Shown here: piece after piece, positions 1 through 11,000 of the stretch
How the letters are laid out: each line of letters opens with the position of its first letter
How positions within the stretch are numbered: position 1 is the first letter of the stretch
Assembly (NCBI GenBank): GCA_951406725.2
Contig: OX597827.1
Coordinates: 80,538,001 to 80,602,000, forward strand
Source: Octopus vulgaris
Taxonomy: Eukaryota
Direction of reading: 5' to 3'
Length of the DNA: 64,000 bases
Position numbers and translations under genes: made by a program
Notes under the pieces: generated by a model
Databases searched by the model: none
The model's input: only the letters and a program-made list of their open reading frames with translations
Told to the model about the DNA's origin: nothing

Positions 1-169
1 TAATAAATAAAATACATTTATTCCAGAAATTGTTGACACAAAATATTCCCCAGAAACATGGGGGTAAAACGTAGAAATGAATTCTTCACAACTGACAATA
101 TATCTGTTAGAAATGGCTGTTACTAAAAATCCACACTTGAGGTGAAAAAACAACATAATAGTTGCTAAC

Positions 170-2876
170 CTGAAACTCCTGGTATTTCTTCATAATGTTT
201 CAAGTCTCCATGTCTACCACTTCTCTTGGATGACATTGTATCTGATGTATAGTTACAAACCATAGTAGCATTATCTTCCACAGCATCATCACTTGATGTC
301 ACCACAACAGGTTGACAGTATTTCTGTTGACAAACAAACGAAAAGAAATGTGAGAGAAGACACAAAACGATGGAAGTTACAATCAACATGGATAGAGAAC
401 AATTTAATATTGGAATGTATTATTGAAGTTAAAACATATTCAAAGAGATTTCATTGTTCACTTTTACAGAGAGAAAAATGTAATGTTTCCACTTACTGGG
501 GTAGGTTTTGGTAAAGTTCTCGACTGAACTGAAGATTCATATTTGTTCTGTAGCTGACCTTCTGCATAACATTCACTCTTGGATCTCTCAGAATAGATAT
601 TCCGCTTCACCATCTCTTCTGCATTCCTCGACATAGCAGCAACAGAAGTGTTAGTCTGGTACAACAATTGTTTCATCTCTGCTCTACCTTGGTAGGTTGT
701 ATTCTTTGTGGAAGCAGCTGTGTTATCTCTGTGTTTAATACATTTCATAATACACAGCGTTATAGAAACAACAATAGCCACTGATATTATTACTGCTGAT
801 GATACAATGATAATAACCCATGTCATATGGACCCGACCTGAAGATTGTAAAGGTCCACTCTTCGACATTGGTGACGTCTCGTTACTAACAGCCAATACCA
901 AAGTGATACTAGTTGTTGACGACTGAACTGGACTACCACTGTCCTTCACAACAAACACCAGCTCATAACTTCCAGCATCATTTAGATAAACTTGTCTGGA
1001 GAAGGATAAAGCACCACTGTGTGAGTTCATACTAAACAGCTGTTTATCATTTCCTTGTTTGATTGCATATCTGAGGAAAGCATTGTTTCCACTGTCCCCA
1101 TCAGACGCTCTCAAAACTGTGATGTCACTCTTACTCTGCGGATGGTACTGCACATTTAGCGTGTAAGGGTCACTACTAGGATATGTAAAATACGGAGCAT
1201 TGTCATTTTGATCTAGAATCTCCACAACAACATTCGCTGTGTCATTCAGAGATGGGCTTCCATTGTCTTTGACAAAAACCTCAAACTTATACACATCTTG
1301 TTTCTCTCTGTCCAATGACATGGTCGCTGAAATGAAGCCATAACTGGTGATGAGAAATGGGAGATTGGATTTTTCTTTACGCAGCAGAGAATATGTGAGT
1401 TGTCCAGCAGATCCAAGATCAGGGTCAGTGGCATTGACAAAACCAATAGGGAAGTCTTTATCTTTGTTTTCGTAGGTGAGGAATTGGAATGTATCTTTGG
1501 TAAACTGTGGTTGTACATCGTTGATGTCAGTCACTTGGATAGAGAGGCTTTTAACACTTTTAAGAGGAGGTAATCCTTTATCTTGACAGGAGACAGGAAT
1601 GTTATAGTGTCCTTGTGTTTCTCTGTCCACTGGTTTGTTTAGAATGATTTTATATTCTTTAGATCCCATTGACTGTAGTTTGAATGTATCATGTTTGATA
1701 TCACAGCTGACCTCCCCATTTTGTCCCACATCATTGTCAGTGACCATCACATAAGCAATGAAACTACCAACTTTGGTATCTTCAGAAATGGTAGCTGTGT
1801 TGTCATTGATTGCAGAAACATAATCAATATCAATAGATGGAGGATTGTTGTGTTGATTGATAACATTTACAAGAACTGTTGCTATGGAACTAAAGGGTGG
1901 GCTGCCCCCATCTCTGGCTTCTATAAACAATTCGTAGGTTTTCTTTTTACCCAGACTTGAATATTTACTTAACAAAATAGTGCCACTTGTTTCATTTAAT
2001 TGAAAATAGCTTTTTGCTAAATCTGAAGTTTTGGGGCTGAAATGGAAAGTAATTTTACCATTTTCACCAGAATCAGCATCAGTTACAGATAAAACAATGA
2101 TGGGTTTGGATTTGTGATGTGTACTTTGTATGGATATATTATATAGAGGTTTAGAAAACTCTGGTGGGTTATCATTTATATCTATTATAGAAATATTTAT
2201 GTTTAAAATACCTTGTTTTGCTGGTGAACCTCCATCTTTAGCTATGACCTGTAGTAAATATGTATCTTTGATTTCTCTGTCTAATGATTCTTTTAAAACT
2301 ATGTTAAGTGAAGAAATTCCATCAGCTCTTTTAGACACTGACAGAGAGAATGGTTCTCCATTCTTTGATTTTAATTTATATTGTATTAATGAGTTTTGAA
2401 ATCCTACATCTTTGTCTATGGCATTTGGTAACGATCTTTTTGAACCTTTTGAAATATCTTCTACAAGCTGCATATTGATTTTAATCTTAGGAAATTTTGG
2501 TTCATGATCATTGATGTCCTCTATTACTATTTTGATTTTTAATATCTTTGTAATACTTCTTCCTTTATTGACAACCACCTTCACAATTCTAGAACATTCT
2601 CTATTGAATGTGCAGAGATCTTCTGCATCCAGTGTCTGAGCAGTGTACAGTTTACCTGTTTTGGTGATGTTAAATAACTGTGCCACCTTTCGTTTGAATT
2701 GACTGAATGTTATCAAATGTTGGTCAGATGGTTTAACATTGTCTAAAAGTTTAGAATCGGCAGCAATGTCTGCTACATAAGTTCCTGGACTTCTCTCTTC
2801 TTCCACGTGGTAGGTAAGGTCAATGGTCAGGACACACTGGACCAGTGACAATACAATGCACAATGACAAGGAACAT
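170..2876 (-). CDS. Pcdh: Protocadherin g1 (6 EC + TM); 3' exon lies left of the window; 1-bp frameshift just after the ATG
   Basis: Cadherin motifs (DxNDxxP linkers, LDRE, AxDxGxP), EC1 C-X5-C (CTFNREC), TM WVIIIVSSAVIISVAIVVSITLC. Large exon acceptor ttttag| at 2928, donor CCA|gtaagt at 497; exon 323..170 (acceptor caacag|AAA, donor TCAG|gttagc). The ATG at 2876, homologous to the paralogue starts, is out of frame (ATGTTCCTTGTCA vs ATGTTCCTGTCA in g2). The track ORF begins at a GTG that follows an in-frame stop. Confidence 0.9.
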
Positions 2877-5800
2877 ATTGTTCTGGAGTGATGGTACACT
2901 TCAGGCTATCAAGAAATGTTGTTTGAACCTAAAACAGAAATATAGTTCATTAAACAATTTTTATCAAAAATAAACCACAACTTAAAATCCACAGGTAACA
3001 TCGAAATAATAAGAGGATATGAGCCTCATACTTTATGACAGTTTACTTATAGATTGAAACATATATAAAATGGCTTCAATGTGCTTAACATGACTGAAAA
3101 AAATCAAAAACTAGTTGTCAGGGAAAGTGGTATTAGATAAGTATATTGAAGAAGTTTCTTCAATACCAAAAACATTTTCCATAAGTATTTCAGAGATGTA
3201 CATGCATATGAAGGGTTTTGATCTGAGATCATGTTCTGTAACTAAAATGATCGCAGTCTCAAAGACGTATGTTGACTCAAAAGAAAGCAACAAACGCGTG
3301 CTTCATTTAAACATTTATTTGATAGCTGTTCGGTGAGATGCAGAAAGAAAAATGAAAAAGAAATGTCTGTTAGAATTGCAACATGATGCAGCTGTGAGCA
3401 ATGGAAATTTTGACAGCATATTAAAATAGGGATTTAAGTGAAGTTTCTTAGCCTGAGTGTTTCTTAGTAACTAACTTGTCTTCCAAGCTGCAATTGTATA
3501 AGAAAGTATATGTTCCAAAAATGGATGCATACAAAGCTATGAATTCATGTGTCAACTGAAAAATAGCAAGATGCACACCTACCAAGACCATGAACATAAA
3601 CCATTATTTTCATTATACAAAAGAAGTACAAATGGGTCATCAAAAGACTTGTAATGGCTACTTTAAGTGGTAGAGAATGTTCCATGTTTGGTGTTCTATC
3701 ACTTACATGACTGAATATCTAATTCCATTGCAAATTATATCAGACTGCAATTTGGTTACACTACATTTCACTGGCCGGCTGCCATGTATTTTGTTCACCA
3801 AACAATAAGGGATTAGCAGTGCATAACTTACTTTGGAGTTCATAAGCAGAGGAGCATAACTCTGCTTTTTCATGGGCTTTCAAGATGGAATAACTTAAAC
3901 AAATGCACTCTTACATCAGAGATGAATTCAATCGTACATCAAGACATATACATACTCACTTGTATGCATAACCATGAATACATACGTGCACATGCACACA
4001 TGCACATGCACACATGCACAAGCATGTGTACAGCTAGACACATTCATACAGATATATTCTTCTGCACACATACACACACTTATACATGTGTGCACAGGCA
4101 AAGCCTTCCTAACTGGATTTTCTGTCACAAAAGTCATACGAGAATACCAAGTCCATGAGCGCCTATTACTTATTATTCGAGGAAATAATCTTGTCAGATT
4201 ATGTGGCTTACTTAACCAGAGCTAACATTTTGTAACACCAACATAAAGGCCTTTTTACCACTAGCTTAGCTGGAGTGTGTGCTGCCTGGGGCACCACTTC
4301 AGTTTTCCACCCGTGGGCCGCCATAAAAGTGTCACCTGGGGTTGCCCACCCCATCTGCCCACCTCCATCTATGCTAGTGCTTTTTACCAAATATAATATT
4401 CTTTTACTGTTCACAATGGTAATAATTAGTGGCCAGTGATCAAGGAGAAAATGTATTCCATTCCGTTATTTTCTACAAATGAAAAGTTCTTAAATTAAAT
4501 GTGCATCTTTCTAGAATACTATGAATATATATTTTATACGACTTCAAAATCCTCAGAGCCTGACAAAATTACAAATTTGTATTTGAATCATAAATGGCCA
4601 GAAGAGGTGGTTGCCATCTCCAGCATCTTCAACTATTTATACCAACACTACTAATACTCCAGCATGTAGAGACTGGGTAGAATTATAATCCAATCTAACA
4701 GAATCAACATTACACAGATTTACTCTTCTCAGATGCAAACCTAAAAACAAACAGATTCCTTATTGTCTCTACTGAAACATTTTTCTTTCAAACTTACAAC
4801 ATGCATTTCAAACACTACACTGAACTCCTCCACTCTCAAACCTCACACGGTGTCTGATGATTTAAGCAACAGTAATCAAAACACATTATGATCACCACCA
4901 CTAATTTAAGCAAAACATTTGAATCAAAGAATTTATTTTTATAACTTTTATCTTTGGTAAAAGAGAAATAAACTTCAGTTTAGTCTGACATTCTCATTTC
5001 ATAGTTTTTCCTTGAAACATCTTGGTGATACTGCTTTAACAGAGATGAAGTCAGAGGTATGTTCTTTATCACAGGAAATGTTATCCTTAACAATATTAAT
5101 ATTTTCAATACTTCAGGAACCATTCCAAAAGGTTCCACAGCATCGTCCTTAACCATAGGCTACCTACATATCCCTTACTTCTATAGCTGTCTTGATTCTC
5201 ATCTGTTCAATTCAAAGAAGGATCAAATTGATCCATTCATATTTCTTACCATTTTCCGCCGATTAATTAATATTAGAGTGGTAAGGATGATGGGGTGGGT
5301 TGAACAGGAAGGACTCAGTACTGTCTCATGTTACAAGGGTGCATACGGCCAGATAAACAGGGTGGAGAATGGGTGAAGGAGAAATAGCTTGAGATGGACA
5401 GTATCAGTGAAATAAAGAGAGGTGAGGGGTGTCATGGAAATGAAGAGGGACCAGAGAGAGGGTGTTGAAGTGGTGGAGAAGCTACCAGGGCTGGGCAAAA
5501 TATTTGTATAAATGCTTGGTTGATTGGGTTTGTGTAATTGTTTGTACTTATAACACATCTGTGCACCTAAATAGGCGCCTGGCATCTTGCAGGGATTTTA
5601 CTGAACCAGTAAGACAAACTTTCTCCATATTTGGTGACTTCTAACACATTATTTTACACATCTAGAGCATTTCTTTTCTTTTCTTCCTTCAAAACCATTT
5701 TAAATGAAGAAATTTATGCCATCTCCTTTAATCCATTGTCAAACACAAATCTCAGTCAAGCTTTCAGTTTCCACATAATGTGAGATTAGAGATTATCTCT

Positions 5801-7076
5801 TTGTTCCGAAACTACTTGTGATTATGTTTAGAAAGCAAAGTCACTAATGAAGATATGACTGATCCCAATCATAAACTGGAGTCACATTTGCTTTAAGAAT
5901 CACAGACAAAGAAAATGTCTTCAGAGAATATATTAAAGAATTAAATTGTAGAATCTAACTTAATAACAAACAATTTAAACCAATGTTTATAATTAGGGCT
6001 GCCGAATGATAACGAGCAACTCTGATTGCAATTGAATGACAAGAAAATAAGTAACAAAAGCTGGTTAACACGTGAATTAAATATCTTATGAGAATCAAGG
6101 CTAAAGTGAATTAGTTTAAGATTTCCATGACTAGAAATTATTAATAGTTAGAGTTTAAGTAATTCATACAAGAAGCTATATGTTTAAATATTATTACGAA
6201 AGATATCAGACAATACAGTGATGATGATGATGATGTTGATAGGTTGCTTTTAATTTGATATGCAAATCGAATTTATAAATTAAATACACTCTACTTTTAA
6301 TTAAAGTCACATATTTATAACATTATCAAAATATCTGATAAATACTAAGGATGCAGTATAGAATATGTTAGAAAATTTATACAGAAATTATACACAAAAA
6401 AAAATAAGAAGCAGCTGAATTAAGATGACATGTTTGAAATTCCAATTTTCGGACAAACACAGATACAAATAATAATGAAAGATATGCAACATATAATGGT
6501 ATTGTCTATATACATACATAAATATATATATATATATATATATTCAGTTACAAACATAGCTAGTCCTTTTATTGTCTTCTGCAGCACGACACCATTGTTG
6601 TTCACTCGTCACACATTTTAATCTTAATATGTCTGCCATTATCCCTGAGCAAAATTTGTAACACAACATCACTTCATCATTTCTAATAATCTACACACTT
6701 ACAGCCATTTCAAACTCTTGGCAAAATATTGTTTAATATCTTTTTATTTAATATCTTCACATCTCTTTCGCATACTATTTGCTATATATTCACAACAAAA
6801 AGACACACTCCATCACAACATTATATACACAGTTGCCTATTGTTACTGACCAATATATAAAACAAATATTATTTAGGAACGCATAATATTGTTTCAATGA
6901 AGTAAAGTCTAAATATTAATCATTTCAAACAGCATTTTCCAATTAATTTTCATATAAAACAATATGGACGCTATTATATTGTCTGTATTAGTTATTGTTT
7001 GTGGAGTAATATCTCACAGATTTGGTGAGTGATAATAAATTAAAATGAGATTATAAGAGATTAAATAGAAACTTAC

Positions 7077-7260
7077 CTTTTTGATAATTATATCATTGGT
7101 TATTCAGTGAGAAAGAGAAAGATGTATTGTTGTAGAAAGATCCATTGTAAGTGCTGCTGTAATGGTGTGACAATGGCTGTTATGGTGATGGAGTAGTGTA
7201 GCACGTCAGGCAGAGAGTCTGCTGCTAGGAGAGGGTTGCATGTGTCACTGAAGTTGTATG
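7077..7260 (-). other. Conserved non-coding first exon (5' UTR) of g1
   Basis: ~185 bp block near-identical in six copies, one upstream of each gene; ends in AAAAAG|gtaagt donor. The 5' boundary (TSS) is not determined. Confidence 0.75.
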
Positions 7261-7500
7261 TGTTCTGAGTGTACGTCCACCTGATAATATTCTGTGCATG
7301 TATTTAGCCTCAAAGAAGATGTTTACTATTTACATGGATATATATTTAAATAGCTAGAATTATGTTTATACTGAAACAGAACATAATTGTTTGGGATAAT
7401 AACATTAGTGATGTGAATGCTTGGCTTTGTTAGTGAATTGTTGTGTGTTTTATCCCGAATCTGATTGGTCGAGTGATCGAAACAGGAGACCAATGAAGCT
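7261..7500 (-). promoter_or_regulatory. Putative g1 promoter with inverted CCAAT pair
   Basis: ATTGG 7464-7468 and CCAAT 7490-7494 (21 bp apart); AT-rich TATA-like tract ~7340-7352; arrangement repeated upstream of each exon-1 copy. Confidence 0.6.
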
Positions 7501-7945
7501 GCTCCCTTCATATTGATTTCTTTCCCTGATGAACATGGTCATATATTTAGAGGTTGTGATGATCATGCTTTCCCACAGTGGCTACCAGCTTAAGTTATAG
7601 CATTTATAGTTAATAATAATACGCCAAAGATGTCAGCTAACTTCATCTCATGGATAAATAAAAAATCTCCCTTATGTACTTTTACACAATCAGCAGGAGA
7701 ATTACACAAGCCCCGCAAAGGACAGAGTAAACATGGCAAACCATAGAGAATATAATCTCTGGTTATTATTATCAAGAACACATAGAAAATTTGGTGTATT
7801 ATGGAGTGTAATAAACATTCTTTCATTATATTAAAAACCCCACCTATTTTGCAATCAAGGGATAATTAAAAAAGAAAAAAATAACTTATCTATATTATCT
7901 TTTTGCCTTTGATAATCTGTATTCTTATATAGAGTATATTGCAAA

Positions 7946-7946
<1 letters not shown>

Positions 7947-7979
<33 letters not shown>
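7947..7979. repeat. (GT)n microsatellite in the g2 3' UTR
   Basis: Perfect GT run; a shorter homologous run lies at ~30836-30852 in the g4 3' UTR. Confidence 0.9.
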
Positions 7980-7982
<3 letters not shown>

Positions 7983-8014
7983 GAAGAGTCTATATCTTGT
8001 ATTTACATGGAGTA

Positions 8015-11000
8015 TTATACATGTTTGACTGGAGTTTCTTCACTGGACTCTTTCGATGTAGTTGCATCGTTATTCTTATATAAATTTTGATCTGGAATTG
8101 AGATTGGAAACAGGCATTACAAAATCACAGACTTGCAGATTCCATTAATTAATTGCTTAATGAAAAAGTTTAAAATATTTATTATAATAAAACATATATT
8201 CTGGAGTTAATAAACTGAAAATCTGAGCAACTTATGATATAATTACTCAAGAATACATAAATAATATGCAGATGACATCAAGCTGTACCTTGAAATAAAG
8301 AGGTCAAATCCTGTACACTATGGATCTCTATTGCAAGCAGACCTGGACACAATGCAGCAGTGGATCATGGACTGGCAACTCAAGCTGGCTGTGGACAAAT
8401 GTACCTCCATGCATTTTGGGAGGAGAAACCCAGCGTCCACCTACTCCCTCCACAACACTAGTCTCAAAAAGTCTTCAAGTGAACGTGACCTGGGTGTTAT
8501 TGTCGACAGTGATTTGCGTTGGACGAAACACATCGCTAAAATTGTCAAGAAGGCTGAGGGTGTCTTGGCATCACTCACCAAATCCTTTGTGAGCCGCTCT
8601 CTGGCTATCTATCTGCGGCTTTATATAGCTATGGTAAGACCTCACCTGGAATTTGCATCACCAGTCTGGAACCCCTATCTTTCCCAGGACATCAATCGTC
8701 TGGAAGCTGTTCAGCGACGTGCAACCAAAAGAATACCCTCCATCAGGCATTTGCCATATCCTGAACGCCTTGCTTCCCTGGGCATGGACACATTGAAGCT
8801 CCGACGTCTGGCAGCTGACTTGGCAGACACCCATAAAATTATCAACCATCGCACAAACAATAACTCTGAGCACCTCTTCAAACTCCACCCATCTAACACC
8901 TGTGGACATATTTACAAAGTCAGAAAACAGCACAGCTCCCATGACTTCAGGAAACATTTTTTCACGCTGAGAGTTGCTGAAGCATGGAACAAACTGCCGG
9001 CATCGGTTGTTAGTTGTCGGAGCACTGCATCCTTCAAAACTTCCATGCTTCCTGAGATTCGCCAACACTACACTTGATTTTCTCCCCTCCATACACACAC
9101 AAGCATGTATCTGACTCATATACTGTTCACTTTCCAGACATTTCTACATTACTGCATGTACTTTATATGCACTTTCTGACAAGTTGTGGTGCACCTGAGC
9201 ACTGTATACAATAATTTCATTATTATTATTATTATTATTATTATAATAAGACCTGTTGAGGCAAGTGTAATCAAAATCAAATTCGATGACTGGCATCCTT
9301 GCTAGCGGGGTGCAAAGAGCACCATACGAGTGTGATCGTTGACAGAGCGGCTAACCGGCTTCTGTGCCAGTGGCACATAAACAGCACCATTCGAGTGTGA
9401 TCATTACCAGCGTTGCCTTACTGGCGCCTGTGCCCATGCTTGTAGGGTGTCAAGAGCACCATCTGAGCGTGATCGTCGCCAGAGCAGCCAACTGGCTTTT
9501 GTGTCGGTGGCACGTAAAAGGGCACCATTTGAGTGTGATCGTTACCAACATCGCCTTACTGGCACTTGTGCTGTTGGCATGTGTAAAAAGATTCGAGCAA
9601 GGTCGTTGCCAGTACCGCCTGACTGGCCACTGTGCCGGTGGCATGTGGAAAGCGCTCACTACACTGTTGGAGTGGTTGGCATTAGGAAGGGCATCCAGCT
9701 GTAGAAACTCTGCCAGATCAGATTGGAGAATGGTGCAGCCATCTGGTTTGCCAGCCCTCAGTCAAAATCGTCAAACCCATGCTAGCATGGAAAGCGGACG
9801 TCAAACAATGATGATGATGATGATGAAAACACATTTATTCCATTTATTCCAAAAATTGTTGACATTAAATATTCCAGAAAAACATGAGGGTAAAAAGTAG
9901 AAATGAATTCTTCACAACCGACAATATGTTTGTTAGAAATGGCAGCTACTAAAAATCCACACTTGAGATGAAAAAACAACATAATGGTTATTAACCTGAT
10001 ACTCCTGGTATTTCTTCGTAATGTTTCAAGTCTCCATGTCTACCACTTCTCTTGGATGACATTGTATCTGATGTATAGTTACAAACCATAGTAGCATTAT
10101 CTTCCACAGCATCATCACTTGATGTCACCACAACAGGTTGACAGTATTTCTGTTGACAAACAAACGATAAAGAAATGTGAGAAGACACCAAACAATGGAA
10201 GTTACAATCAACATGGAGAGAGAACAATTTAATATTGGAATGTATTATTGAAGTTAAAACATATTCAAAGAGATTTTATTGTTCACTTTTACAGAGAGAA
10301 AATGTAATGTTTCCACTTACTGGGGTAGGTTTTGGTAAAGTTCTCGACTGAACTGAAGATTCATATTTGTTCTGTAGCTGACCTTCTGCATAACATTCAC
10401 TCTTGGATCTCTCAGAATAGATATTCCGCTTCACCATCTCTTCTGCATTCCTCGACATAGCAACAGAAGTGTTAGTCTGGTACAACAATTGTTTCATCTC
10501 TGCTCTACCTTGGTAGGCTGTATTCTTTGTGGCAGCAGCTGTGTTATCTCTGTGTTTAATACATTTCATAATACACAGCGTTATAGAAACAACAATAGCC
10601 ACTGATATTATTACTGCTGATGATACAATGATAATAACCCATGTCATATGGACCCGACCTGAAGATTGTAAAGGTCCACTCTTCGACATTGGTGATGTCT
10701 CGTTACTAACAGCCAATACCAAAGTGACACTAGTTGTTGACGACTGAACTGGACTACCACTGTCCTTCACAACAAACACCAGCTCATAACTTCCAGCATC
10801 ATTTAGATAAACTTGTCTGGAGAAGGATAAAGCACCACTGTGTGAGTTCATACTAAACAACTGTTTATCATTTCCTTGTTTGATTGCATATCTGAGGAAA
10901 GCATTGTTTCCACTGTCCCCATCAGAGGCTCTCAAAACTGTGATGTCACTCTTACTCTGCGGATGGTACTGCACATTTAGCGTGTAAGGGTCACCACTAG

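Noticed and set aside
708-926. Recurrent 72-aa plus-strand ORF (MxAAVLSLCLIH...) and other antisense or alternate-frame ORFs repeated in each gene
   Set aside because: Shadow frames of the homogenised Pcdh coding exon; they recur only because the DNA is near-identical.
3922-4225. His/Thr/Cys-rich ORFs here and at 36198-36623 and 24609-24962
   Set aside because: Translations of CA/TA/GT microsatellite-like sequence.
7261-7500. CTCF/CSE (CGCT-box) site as in vertebrate cPcdh promoters
   Set aside because: No convincing GC-rich CTCF-like motif seen by eye; a PWM scan would be needed to exclude it.
9991-10227. 67-78 aa ORFs ending HYEEIPGVSG as separate small genes
   Set aside because: They are intron 2 read into exon 3; the true exon begins at caacag|AAA and ends at TCAG|gt.
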